64,000 bases of DNA from the human T2T-CHM13v2.0 reference genome, Homo sapiens. The stretch lies in the NCBI RefSeq assembly GCF_009914755.1, contig NC_060947.1, one strand, 5' to 3'. Below, in pieces: positions 44,852 through 58,700 of the stretch. The notes beneath the pieces are model-generated. The model saw only the letters and a list, made by a program, of their open reading frames with translations. It made no database searches and was not told where the DNA came from. Position 1 is the stretch's first letter, and every line of letters begins with the position of its first letter. The position numbers and the translations under genes are program-made.

Positions 44852-45269
44852 AGGATTTTGATCTATAGCCTTTGTTCAGTTTTCACTTAGTTTCTGTCTA
44901 TTCTTAGAGTTCCCCTATTCTCCTAAGATTCCAGTCAATAGACTGTCCCATTCAGTTATTTAAGATTCTTATTATCTTGGATTTTAGTTGATTTCTGCTC
45001 AGCTGTAGTCACCAAGTCCTGGCACCAATAATTTCTGCTCCTTCCAAACTGAGTCAATCTAGACCAAGACAGGGAGGTAGAATAGACTGTTTCCTTTTAC
45101 CAGTGAGTAGGCTCTAACTATTCTATTTTGGTGCCTTTTATGGCATGGATGAAACCTTCAGCCTCCTCTCCCTAACTCTTGTCATGTTTACATGGATGAT
45201 AGTTCTTGGACTGGAATAGAGCTATAACTCTGGCTTGAACCCAACTTGTTTAGCTGGGTCCCAACACTC

Positions 45270-45440
45270 TAAATCTGAGTTTGAATCCCAGCTCTACCAC
45301 TAATTGGCATATGATTTAAATAAGTGATTTAATTTCTCTGTACTTACTGGTTTTTCAACTCTAAAATATGGATAGGACTTACTTTACAGAGTTGTAAGGA
45401 GAAAATGAGATCATATATGTGAAGTTCTTAGCCCAGTGTG
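45270..45440 (+). mobile_element. MIR SINE
   Basis: gagtttgaatcccagctctaccactaa...acagagttgtaaggagaaaatgagatcatatatgtgaag. Confidence 0.8.
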
Positions 45441-45796
45441 TGTGGGAATGAATCTTTCATGTGCCATTTAAATCCATAATATAGCTACCATTTTGACTCT
45501 AAATTTTGCACTGCTAAAAAAACTCACACTACTGGACCCTTCCAACAGACTAAACCTCCTTGGATACTAATTTCAATCCACTTAAAGTTTTAATTTAACA
45601 CTATTCTTTGAACATCATGATCTTAAATCTATAGTCCACCCTCTATACAAGATAGTTACTCAAATCCTGGTCTTTTCCCCTTTGTCAGTAGCCATCCCTA
45701 GAATTCCCAAAATGTGGTCAATTTTTTTCTGTGTTTTCACAACCTGGGGCTTCACTGTGATTTTTAAAAAGAAATATTATTTTTCTGCAGGTATTA

Positions 45797-46760
45797 TATA
45801 TGTTGCTTTGTCTGATCAGAATACTTTCCTTTGGTAAACAGCCCATTTCTTACTCCACATAATTCTGATGGGCTGTTACTTACAAGACTCTGCTCCATAC
45901 AAGACCATAGGGTGGGTATGTGACCTAAGCTAGGCTTATCCGATGTTTTTTTCCTGCTAATTTTATTGTTGAGTGGTTGTACATAGAAACTAAGGTGATG
46001 AGACCTATGAGTTTAAATGGAAGCACCCTGTAGAGATGGTGCTGGAATAACTAACTAAGATATTTAAAATTGCTCTGGTTCTTTTTCTTTGTGAGGCCTG
46101 ATTTCTCTAATCGTCCTTTGCTGTAGTGACAGACACTATATCCATCCCATAAATTTCTTTTTTATGATTTAATCTAGTCAGAGTTATATTTTAATGCTTT
46201 CAAAATTTATTTTTGAAAAAGTTTGCAAAACATAACATTCATTGTAAAAATATTGGAAAATATAGATTTGTATAGCTAAAATATTGGAAATCACCCATAT
46301 TTCCACTATCTAGGGAGATCTACCATTTTGTATTACAATGCCTACTGCTTTATTTCACTTAACATTATGTCATAAGATTTTTCTACAGCATTTCGCTTCA
46401 TAAATATAATGAGGTTGCTTGTTTTCCTTTGTATGTATATGCCATAATTCATTTAATTGTTTTATTATCATTGGATATTTTGTTTTTTTTCCAGATTTTT
46501 GTATTTTAAAAATTCCTGCAATGGAATGTCTGCACATAAATTTTTGTTTTCATTGTGAATTACTTTTTTTTTTTGTAGTGTGTTGATTGAGCTAAACTCC
46601 ATCTAGATTTTCTTTATTTCATTTCTAGACTCCTTTGATCTAGAAGTGGTCATTTGACATACTTTAGAACAGTGAAATGGAAGCAGAAGTTGCTGGGTGA
46701 GACTTTTGTGAAAGATTTTTAAGAGGCTCAGAGTTCTTCTGGCATACCTCCTTTTCCAAA
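45797..46760. mobile_element. Old MLT1-like LTR fragments with an L1ME 3' piece (about 46210-46560, minus) between them
   Basis: gggtgggtatgtgacctaagctaggc; ttatttcacttaacattatgtc; ggaagcagaagttgctgggtgag. Confidence 0.5.
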
Positions 46761-46927
46761 TCAAACAATGATAATAATAATGGAAGGATGAAGGGCCTTT
46801 ATCTGCTACTTTTACTGTGCTGAAAACACTCTCCTTACTATGCTGTCCTCTGTATGAGTTCTCTCAGCTATCTTCTCTGCCTAAATAAAAGCTTTAGGCC
46901 ACCTAGCCTAAAAGTCCCTGACCTTAC

Positions 46928-47037
46928 CTTTAGTTACACAGTCAATGATTTTACTACCTACATCTTACTTTCCTGCTATCCAGCACAAGGATCAACTATG
47001 CCCCACCTCTTTGCATTCTTATTGTCCTGACTCTGGC
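46928..47037 (-). other. Candidate exon, 110 nt, probably non-coding
   Basis: Minus strand: ttctgac ccttcctttcctctattatgcag|GCCAG...AAAG|gtaagg (branch point, polypyrimidine tract, AG, strong donor). Confidence 0.35.
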
Positions 47038-47079
47038 CTGCATAATAGAGGAAAGGAAGGTCAGAATGTGAAAAGAATA

Positions 47080-47290
47080 AGTACAGCTTAGTAATTAACA
47101 GCATGTTCTCTGGAGCCCAATTGATTTTTATCCTGGCTTTGTCATCAGCAATTTTCTTAATCTCCCTGTTTCTCAGTTTCCTTATCTATAAAATGCGGAA
47201 AATAATTGTAGTCACTTCACAGGATTGTTATGAGGACTAAGCAAGTTAATAATTAGAAAACACATGTATTAGGTGCTGCATGAATGTTTA
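47080..47290 (+). mobile_element. MIR SINE
   Basis: ttaatctccctgtttctcagtttccttatctataaaatg...cacaggattgttatgaggactaa. Confidence 0.82.
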
Positions 47291-49134
47291 TAAAATCCTC
47301 CATCTCTTTCTGTCTGATCTACCATCCTCAAATTAAAAAGAATAAAAAGAAGAAAGAAAAGAAAACCAACAGCACCACTGTGTTAATTACTGCTCCCATG
47401 GCTTGCAGACTTGAAGATTTTCTATTCTGGTGTTCTTGCTATGTAAAACAAAACAAAGAACACAAAACATTCTCACAATTTCTCTATCTCATTCAAGACT
47501 GCTCATCTTTACTGATCCACTGTTAGCAGACATGCAGTCCCCCCACCCCTTGCTTAGAAATGGGTTTGTTCAGCTCAACCAGCAGAAATTCTCCTCTTCT
47601 TTTGATCAGTAGCCCATGTTTGTGAGTGGTTAAATGAAGACAGGGGTACATTTTTTCTAAATTAAATTTTATCTACCCTTACTCCACATATAATGCAGTG
47701 GATCTGAGACATTTCATATTTACAAAAGGCACTTTGTAAATACTTCCCTACCATTACTGAAATAGTTGATATTTTAATTTTACTGTCCGTGACTGTGCCT
47801 ACTTTTTAAAAAAGGCCAGATTGAAAATTATTAATAAAGTCCTTAGGGCCATCAAATGGATAATATAATGGTAGCACTGCTTATTGGATCAATTGTGTCA
47901 TTCAAGAGAAACAACAATAAAAATAGAATCAAATAGATAGAGGGGGAGAAGTTGGTAAGACCATTCTTAACATTTGCATGACACAGAATTTTCCATCATA
48001 AGTTATTACAGAAATGGTGAAATTCCTTATGATTTGATGAATTTTTGTTTTAAGAAAATATGTATTTAATTAAATGAATCTTGTTGTTCTTAAAATATTT
48101 TCTCTGATCCAGATGATAAGTTCACATATATGCCAGCTACAAGAATCATTGTTTTTGTGGTTGATCTATTCGTAAAGAGTCACTACAAATAATATTTCTT
48201 ATATTTGAATCTTTAGAGGTGGCACAAGGGCAAAATTACCTGTTAACCAACATTCCTTCATTTAGAAGTGATAACTTTTCCCATTTTAACAAAATTTTAT
48301 CTGAAGAAAAAAAATGGATGAATGTAATGTCATTCACTTTAAGATATTTAGATTTCTAGTTAATAAGATCTTTTTTTATCCATTAACTACTTGAAATGTC
48401 TAATATTCATTCATTCAAAAAACTTTTATTGGTTCTTGCAATATGTAAGGCATAGGGAAAACACAAATAACAAAGACAGACAATATTTAGCTATAATAGC
48501 TTCTTCCCAGATAATTGGAAAAATTTCACACTTTAGTAATAAGGCTTGTATTCATGAAGATCACAAATTTTCTCAATAAACATATATATCTTGCTTTATT
48601 AGCAATTAATAAAATTATCTTAATGTATAAAACAAAAAAGTTTCTCATCAGCAATGAGTAACACCTAAAATGTCTATACGCTATAATTACTTTAGCTGTA
48701 GAATATAGACAATTAAAAATAATCTCCTCCTATGTTTAAAATGATCTCTATGTTGAGAAAATTAAATATTTAACAATCAATATACTTTCAGAAGTACAAC
48801 GGTAAAGTTATACCTAGAGAGACCAAAAATAAAAATACAAGCATGTCATCAATGGTATGACTTCTTTGTGAATGCTCCACAGACTTAAAATACAAAAGAC
48901 AAAAACTTCCCCAAAGCACAATTTTAAAATAAAGCAGTTTAGAATAATCTTAGCGCCATTGATCTGTCCCCTCTTTCACATCAAACACAGTCACAAGACG
49001 CCTACATCCTGAAATCATCTTTCACCAAACTGACAGATTTAATGGATCACATATTCTGAGTTTAAGTGACCTATTTTGTCTTATGTTTTCTTTGGGATTT
49101 AGAAAACAAATGTAATGTAACTATATATACTTAC

Positions 49135-49218
49135 CCTTCAGTTTCAGGACATAACAGGTCAATTGCCAACATTTCTTACAGGAAGAAACTGATAAACTCA
49201 CAAACTTTGTAAGGCTAT
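49135..49218 (-). other. Candidate exon, 84 nt, one open frame
   Basis: Minus strand: ttttattttaaag|ATAGCC...GAAGG|gtaagta (consensus donor). Confidence 0.4.
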
Positions 49219-50116
49219 CTTTAAAATAAAATTCACCCCATCTTTTTCACATTTATTTTGTTAATTTTATTCTTACTTCTCACTTGCTCATAGATTTTCT
49301 AAATACCAAATTGCCACGTGAGACCTCACTGGTTGACTGTAAAATCTGTAAAGCCACAAAACTTAAAAAATGTCCCTTGACAATAATAAATCCTCAAAAA
49401 TTCAGCAATACCAATTGCTTTTCCCATTCACCTTGCTGATAGCAAAGAATATTTATGAAAGATTTCTTAGACTGTGAGACCTTTAGCACGTCAGTTCCAT
49501 TCAATATAGTTAGCATTCCATAATAGTCAACTATTTCCAGACACAGTTTCTAAAATCGCAGCAAAAGCCCCTTGGAAAAATATTTGGTTTCTTATACTTT
49601 TTATTTTTAAAAATATGATAACTAGCAAAAACAAACAAAATCGCTGTCCAGGATGGTGTTTCATATAAGCACTTATTGTATGTCTCCTCTTCAGACTAGA
49701 AATAGTGTAATAACAATAAAAATGGAATTCTGTAAGTAATTTCTAAAGAGTCAGAGTAACAATGAAAAACAAAGGTTTACAATAAGAGGAATTAGCTGGT
49801 TTAGAAATTTTTTAGTATGAATGGATTTGTCTTAGTAGCAACATTTTTTGGCCTCTTCAAAAATTCAGTATTATTACTCTCAGACATTTTTTAAAAATTA
49901 AGTAGGAATTCACAATACACTTCTCTAATCTATTTTTAAATTAATCTGTGGAAAGTGAATAAACACAGCAAGAGTCCAATGTCAGTCATGAGGGAGTAAG
50001 AATTTGACGGTTCCGAATACTGGAGGCCAAAACACAAGGTCATTGAGCAGATTTTCTAAAAATGTCAATAATTCTCAGACTATCTCTGCAATACTTATAT
50101 GCATTATATGTTCTAG

Positions 50117-50779
50117 ACCAGTGGATCTCAATATTCAGGTCTCGACCAGCAGCATCAACATCACTTGGGAAATTGCTAGAAATGCAAATTATGAAGTCTC
50201 TCATCAGATGGGCTGAGTTGGAAACTCTGTGGGTGGCACTCAGCCATCTCTCTCTTTCTCTCTTGTAATAATTCCAACTTTTATTTTAGATTCAGGGATA
50301 CAAGTGCAAGTTTGTTCCATGCAACTATTGTGTGAGATTGAGATTTGGGGTGTGAATGATTCCATCATCTGAGTAGAAAGCACAGTACCCAGTAGGTAGT
50401 TTTTCAGCGCTTGCCCCTCTCCCTCCTCCTTTGGGAGTCCTCATTGTCAATTATTCCCATCTTTATGTCCATGTGTACCCAATGTTTAGCTCCTGCTTGT
50501 AAGTGAGAACATGTGATATTTGGTTTTCTGTTTCTACATTAATTTGCTTAGCATAATGGCCTCCAGTTGAAACAGTGTTGCTGCAAAGGGCACACTTTTG
50601 TTCTTTATTATGGCTGCATAGTATTCCATGGTGTATATGTACCACATTTTCTTTATCCAATCCACTGTTGATGGGCACCTAGTTTGATTTGATGCCTTTA
50701 CTATCATGAGTAGTCCAGAAATCTGTTTTAACAAACCCTTCAGGTGATTCTGATGCACACTAAAGTTTGATAATCATCA
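50117..50779. mobile_element. MER5A DNA transposon split by an L1PA15/16-like 3' end (about 50265-50712, minus)
   Basis: gaccagcagcatcaacatcacttgggaaattgctagaaatgcaaatt ... aacaaacccttcaggtgattctgatgcacactaaagtttga; degenerate TSD cagccatct / cagaaatct. Confidence 0.87.
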
Positions 50780-50974
50780 CAGAATGTTACATTTAATTTT
50801 CAGCAGTTGTAAACTTAACTCATCATGGAATGAACTTTTTACAAATGTTGTATTGTGTATGTATTATAAGGACATTACAATAGCGTAATGAGGTGAAACT
50901 TCAACTTTAAATGTATCATAATATAAGAACTGAATTATGCCCTTTTTCTTTACCAGTTTGATTATTTTTCCTTC

Positions 50975-51612
50975 CCTCTTCTATCTACCTCTAAACAGGA
51001 GATTATGTTAATTTTCCCATTGAAGTCCTTTAATGGTTGCCTATCTCACTCGAAGTAAAAGCTACTCTCCTCATAATGGCCTACAAGTCCATGCAGGATC
51101 TGCTGCCCACTTTCCCCTCCTCATTATTTCTCTGACCTCATCTTTTTCCACATCTGCACTCATTCCTTCAACATCAGCTATAGTACCCTTCTCACAGCTC
51201 TTCATAATTGCCAAACATACTCTCGTATCAGAGACCTTGAATCTACTGTTCCCTCTGTCTGTCGACACTCTTCCTTCAGACATTTGTGTAGCTGACTTTA
51301 TGTTTTATTCCTCCTTTGGGTCTTTGCTCCAATGTTTCTTTCTTGATGATGCCTTCCCTGGCCACCCTTTCTAAAACTGCAATGTTCTCTCCATTCTCTT
51401 GTCCCAATTGACTGCTATATTTTCCTCCTTGGCATTTTATATCTATTCTTGGAATATATTCTGTTTACATCTTTTATGGAAGTATGTCCCCACTAGAATG
51501 CACACTAGTGACAGCCATGATTTCAATCAGTTTTATTCACCGCTGACTGCCAAGTGGCTAAAACAGTACCTGACACAAGGTTGGATTTGATACATACTTG
51601 GAAGATGAAGGA
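50975..51612 (+). mobile_element. L2a LINE 3' fragment
   Basis: atggcctacaagtccatgcaggatctg..., ccttccctggccaccctttctaaa, ccactagaatg..., aacagtacctgacaca. Confidence 0.78.
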
Positions 51613-52612
51613 AGTAAGAAAAGAGGGAAGGAGGAAGGGAGGGAAAAGAGAAGGAGGGAAGATAACTTGGTAAGGTTCCTCTACTTGTTAGAGCTACTCT
51701 CCACTTGGCATAACTATATTTTCTATATAGTATCAAAATTCTCTTTTTGCCTAAATATCTCAAATATATGCTTATATTTATAATCTTTGCTACTTATCTA
51801 TCAAGTAGTTTCCTTGTAATCTTTCTACAGTATTGATTTCTTCCTTACATTTTAACTAAAACTGAATGCCATCTTGTCTAATTTTAATAAGATCATAATC
51901 TATGTTTTCTTTTTTTCTTCCCCAAATAAGTTTATCCATTATTTTCTTTTCTTTCTTTTCTTTAATTTTATTATATTTTATTTTAAGTTCTGGGATACAC
52001 GTGCAGGATGCGCAGGTTTGTTACACAGGTAAACATGTGCCATGGTGGTTTGCTGCACCTATCAACCCATCACCTTGGTATTAAGCCCTGAATGTGTTAG
52101 CTATTTATCCTGATGCTCTCCCTCCCCCTACGCCCCATGACAGGCCCCAGTGTTTGTTGCTCCTCTCCGTGTGTCCATGTGTTCTCATTGTTCAGCTCCC
52201 ACTTATAAGTGAGAACATGCGGTGTTTGGTTTTCTGTTCCTGTGTTAGTTTGCTGAGGATAATGGCTTCCAGGTCCATCCATGTCCCTACAAAGGACATT
52301 ATCTCATTCCTTTTTATAGCTGTGTAGTATTCCATGGTGTATATGTACCACATTTTTCTTATCCAGTCTATCATTGATGAGCATTTGGGTTGATTCCATG
52401 TCTTTGCTATTGTGAATAGTGTTGCAATGAACATACTTATGCATGTATCCTTATGACAGAATTATTTATATTCCTTTGAGTATATACCTAGTAATGGGAT
52501 TGCTGGGTCAAATGGTATTTCTGGTTCTAGGTCTTTGAGGAATCACCACACTGTCTTCTGCAATGGTTTAACTAATTTACACTCCCACCAACAGTGTAAA
52601 ATCTTTCCTATT

Positions 52613-52683
52613 ATTGCACTATTGCACTCCAGCCTGGCCAAAAAGAGCAAAACTCTGTCTCAAAAAAAAAAAAAAAAAAAAAA
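52613..52683 (+). mobile_element. Severely 5'-truncated Alu (3' tip plus poly-A)
   Basis: attgcactccagcctggcc..agagcaaaactctgtctc(A)n; TSD aaaa(t/g)c(t/a)ttcctatt. Confidence 0.88.
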
Positions 52684-54766
52684 GCATTCCTATTTTTCCA
52701 CAGCCTCTCCAGCATCTGTTATTTCTTGACTTTTTAATAATCACCATTCTGACTTGCATGAGATGGTATCTCATTGTGGTTTTGATTTGCATTTCTTGAA
52801 TGATCAGTGACGGTGAGCTTAGAGAACCAAGAGCAAACAAACCCAAAAGCTAGCAGAAGACAAGAAACAACCAAGATCAGAGTGGAATTGAAGGAGATAG
52901 AGACATTAAAAACACTTCAAAAAATCAATGAATCCAAGAGCTGGTTTTTTGAAAAACTTAATAAAATAGACAGATCATTGGCTAGACTAATAAAGAAGAA
53001 AAGAGAGAAGAATCAAATCGACACAAAAAAGAATGATAAAGGGGATATTACCACTGACCCCACAGAAATACAAATAATCATCAGCGAATACTATAAACAC
53101 CTCTATGCAAATAAACTAGAAAATCTATATATATACTAGAAGAAATGGATAAATTCCTTGACACACACACCCTCCCAAGACTAAACATGGAAGAAGTTGA
53201 AATCCTGAATAGACCAATAACGGTTCTGAAATTGAGGCAGTAATAAGTAGCCTGCCAACCAAAAAAAAAAAAAAAAAAAAAAAAAGCCCAGGACCAGATA
53301 GATTTACAGCTGAATTCTACCAGATGTACAAAGAGGAGCTGGTATCATTTCTTCTGAAACTATCCCAAACAACTGAAAAAGAGGGACTTCTCCCTAACTC
53401 ATTTTATGAGGCCAGCATCATCCTGATACCAAAACCTGGCAGAGATACAACAAAAAAGCAAAACTTCAGGCCTATATCCCTGAGAAACATTGATGCAAAA
53501 ATCCTCAATAAAATACTGGCAAACTGAATCCAGCTGCACATCAAAAAGCTTATCTACCATGATCAAGTCAGCTTCATCCCCGGGATGCAAGGCTGGTTCA
53601 ACATATGTAAATCAATAAACATAATTCATCACATAAACAGAAGTAGAGACAAAAACCACGTGATTATCTCAATAGACACAGAAAAGGCCTTCGATAAAAT
53701 TCAGCATCCCTTCATGTTACAAACTTTCAATAAACTAGGTATTGATGGAATATATGTCAAAATAATGAGAGCCACTTATGATAAACCCACAACCAACATC
53801 ATACTGAATGGACAAAAGCTGGAAGCATTCCCGTTGAAAACTGGCACAACACAAGGATGCCCTCACTCACCACTTCTAGTCAACATAGTATTGAAACTTC
53901 TGGCCAAGGCAATTAGGCAAGAGAAAGAAATAAAGGATATTCAAATTGGAAGAGAGGAAGTTAAACTGTTTCTGTTTACAGATAACAAGATCCTGTATTT
54001 AGAAAACCCCATCTCTCAGCCGAAAAGCTCCTTAAGCTGAAAAGCAACTTCAGCAAAGTCTCAGGATAAAAAATCAATGTGCAGAAATCATAAGCATTCC
54101 TATACACCAAAAACAGACAAGTAGAGAGCCAAATCATGAATGAACTCCCATTCACAATTGTCACAAAGAGATTAAAATACCTAGGAATACAGCTAATAAG
54201 GGAAGTGAAGGACCTCTTCCCGAAGAGCTACAAACCACTGCTCAAGGAAATAAGAGAAGACACAAATGGAAAAACTTTCCATGCTCATGGATAGGAAGAA
54301 TAAATATCATAAAAATGGTCATACTGCCAAAGTAATTTATGGATTCAGTGCTATTCCCATTTAACAACCATTGACATTCTTCTTCACAGAATTAGAAAAA
54401 AAAAAAGCTTTAAAATTCATCTAAAACCAAAAAAAGAGCTCATATAGCCAAGACAAGCCTTAGCAAAAAGAACAAAGCTGGAAGCATCACGTTAACTTAC
54501 TTCAAACTACACTACAAGGCTACAGTAACCAAAACAGCATGGTACTGGTACAAAAACAGACATATAGACCAATGGAGCAGAAAAGATATCTCAGAAATAA
54601 GACTGCACATCTACAATGATCTGTCTTCAACAAACCTGACAAAAACAGACAATGGGGAAAGGATTCCCTATTAGATAAATGCTGCTGGGAAAACTGGCTA
54701 GCCATGTGCAGAAAATTAAAACTGGACCTCTTCCTTTTACCTTATAAAAATTAACTCAATAGATTA

Positions 54767-55146
<380 letters not shown>

Positions 55147-55784
55147 CTAGGCAATAACTTTCAGGACATAGGCACGGGCAAAGATTTCATAACAGAAACA
55201 CCAAAAGCAATTGCAACCAAAGCAAAAATTGACAAATGGGAGCTAATTAAACTAAAGAGCTGCACAGCAAAAGAAACTATCATCAGAGTGAACAGACAAC
55301 CTACAGAATGGGAGAAAATGTTTGCAATGTATCCATCTGAAGAAGGTCTAATATTCAGAATCTATAAGGAACGTAAACAAATTTACAAGAAGAAAACAAA
55401 CAACTCCATTCAAAGGTGGGCAAAGGATATGAACAGACACTGACCCCACAGAAATGCAAATAATCATCAGAGAATACTATAAACACCTCTATGCAAATAA
55501 AGTAGAAAATCTAGAAGAAATGGATAAATTCTTGGACACATACATCCTCCCAAAGCTAAACAAGGGGTTTATATTATTTTCAATCTGTCTTAATAACTGT
55601 GTTTGATGTGTATTTCTTGTATAAAAATTGAGTTGGATTTATTTTTCAGGTATAATCAAAAATCATTTTTTTAATTGGTAAGTTTAGTCAATTCATATTT
55701 ATTGATATGACATATTTTGTATATTTTTATTTTCATAAAGTCTTTCACAATGTTATCTGTTTTTTTGCTTTATTTTAAATTTAT

Positions 55785-58700
55785 AGTTTTAAAAAACTTT
55801 ATTTTACCATGTTAAGAACACTTAACATGAGATCTACCCTCAACAAATTTTTAAGTGTACAATAGAATATTGTTGACTATGGGGTCAAAGTTGTATAGCA
55901 GATCTCTGGAATTTATTCATCTTGTGTAATTGAGACTTTATGCACATTTACTAGCAACTCCACATTTCTCCCTTCCCCAGGTTCCTGGAAGCCACCATTC
56001 TACTCTCTGATTCCATGAGTTTGAATATTTTAGGTACCTCATATAATTGAAATCATGTGTATATGTACTTCTGTGACTGGCTTATTTCACTTAGCATAGT
56101 ATCCTCAAGATTCATCCATGTTGTTGCATATTTCAGGATTTCCTTCTTTTTTAAGGCTTAATAATATTCCATTGTATGCATATACCATATTTTCTTTATT
56201 CATTTATTCATTGATGGACATTTAGGTTGTTTCAATATCTTTGTTATTGTGAATAATGCTGCAATGAACATTGGAGTGCTACTATCTCTTTGAGATCCTG
56301 ATTTCCATTCTTTTGGATAAATACCCAGAAGTAGAATTTCTGGATCATATAGTCGTTCTATTTTTGATTTTTGTGGAATTGCTATATGTTTTCCATAGTG
56401 GCTATGCCATTCTGCATTCTCACCAACAGTCTACAAGGGTTCCAATTTCTTCACATTCTTGGTAACACATTTTTGGTAACACTTGTTGTCTTTTTAAAAA
56501 TAATACCTTAGGTCCTAACAGATGTGAGGTGGTGTCTTAACCCATTGTGGTTTCTATTTGTATTTTTTTGATGAATAGTGACATTGAACATCTTTTCATA
56601 TACATGTTGGACATTTCTAGGTCTTCTTTGGAGAAATTTCTACTCAAATCTCTAGCTCACTTTTATAACTGGGGTATTTATTGTTTTGCTATTTGAGTTT
56701 TATGAGCTCCTTACATAGTTTGGAAATTAAACTCTTATTTGATATATGCTTTGCAAATATCTTCTCCCCTTCTGTAGGTTGCCTTTTCACTCTTGTTTCC
56801 TCTGCTCTACAGAAACTTTTTAGTTTGATGAAGTGCCACTTGTTTATTTTTGTTTTCATTACCTGTTCTTTTTGAGTCATATCCAAAAAAATCTTTACTA
56901 AGATCAGTCTCATGAAGCTTTATCCCTAAGTTTTCTTTTTAGAGTTTCAGGTCTTATATTTAAGTATTTAATCCATTTTCAGTTGATTTTTTGTATAGCA
57001 TAAGATAAGGATCTAATTTCATCCTTTTCACTATAGATATCTAGTTTTCCCAACACTATTTGTTGAAGACACTATTTTTCCCCCTTATGTATTGTTGGTA
57101 TCCTGTTAAAGATCAGTTGAATCTTATATTTGTGAATTGATTTCTGGACTCTATTTTGTTTCATTGGTTTATATGTCTGTGTTTATGTCAGTTCCCTAAT
57201 GTTTTAACTACTGCACCTTTGTAACATATTTTAAAACCAGGAAGTGTGATGCCTCCAGGTTTGTTCTACTTTCTCAAGATTGTCTTGGTTATTTAAGATG
57301 TTTTGTGGTTCCATATAAATTTTAGTATTATGTTTTCTATTTATATAAAAAATGCCATTGAAATTTTGATAGAGATTTCATTGATTTTGTATCACTTTGA
57401 GTAGCATGGATATTTTAACAATATTAAGTCTTCCAGTACATGAACACAGAATATCTTTCTGTATGTCTGTGTCTACTTTAATTACTTTCATCAGTGTTTT
57501 CTAGTTTTGAGTCTACAAGTCTTTCACATTCTTAGCCAAGTTCATACCTGAGTATTTTATTATTTTTGGTGCTATTGTACATGGATATCTTTCTTAATTT
57601 CCTTTTCAGATAGTTTATTGTTAATGTCTTGAAACACAACCAATTTTTGCACGTTGATTTTGTATGCTGTAATGTTACTGAATTTGTTTATTAATTTTAA
57701 CAGTTTATTTGCGAACTATTTAGGATATTCTACATATGAGATTGTGTCATCTGTAAACAGGGACAATTTTACTTCTTCCTTTTTGGTTTATATGCCTCTC
57801 ATTTCTTTTTCTTGCCTAATTGCTCTGGCTAGGACTTCCAGTACTATGTTGAATTGAAGTGGTGAGAGTGGACATCCTTGCCTTCTTGATCTTAAAGGAA
57901 AAGCTTTTAGTTTTTCACCATTGAGTATGAAATTAGCTGTGGAATTTTCAAATATGGCCTTTATTATGTTGAGGTAATATCTTTCTATTCCTAGTTTGTT
58001 GAGAGTTTTTATAATGAAAGGGTGTTGAATTCTGTCAAATGCTTTTTCTGCATTTATTCACATGATCATTTGATTTTATACTTTGTTCTGTCAATGCAAT
58101 GTATCAGATTAATTGATTTTCACATATTGAACCATCCTTATATCCCATAGATGTTCATATAATTATTCATAGTCATCTCCTACGATTTTTATTTTTCTGA
58201 CATCAGTTGTGATCTGACATTTTCACTTATGATCTAATTCATTTGAGTCTTCTCCATTTTCTCTTAGTTTAGCTAAAGGTTTAGCATTTTTTCTGAACTT
58301 TTCAAAAATAACTCTTAAATTTGTTGATTATTTTCTATTGTTTTATATTTTCTATTTCATTTATCTCTGCTGTTATCTTTATTTCCCTCCTTCTGATAAC
58401 TTTGGGCTTAACTTTTTTCCTTTCTGTAGTTCCTTCAGGTATAACATTAGACTGTTTAATATATTTCTTCTTTTTCAACATAGATGTTTTTTGCTATAAA
58501 GTTCTGCTATGGTCTGAATGTTTGGGTCCCTCCAAAATTTATATGCTGAAATCCTAAGCCCCAAAGTGATGGTATTAGGACATAGGACATTGGAGAGGTA
58601 ATTAGGTAACGAGGGTGGTACCTTTATTAATGGAATTAGTGTCCATATGAAACACAACCTGGAGTGCTCATCCCCTTCCCACCCAACATGGGAGTCTGCA

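Noticed and set aside
53585-54040. 151-aa RT-like ORF
   Set aside because: L1 ORF2 remnant; catalytic FADD is mutated to FTDN and the frame is broken
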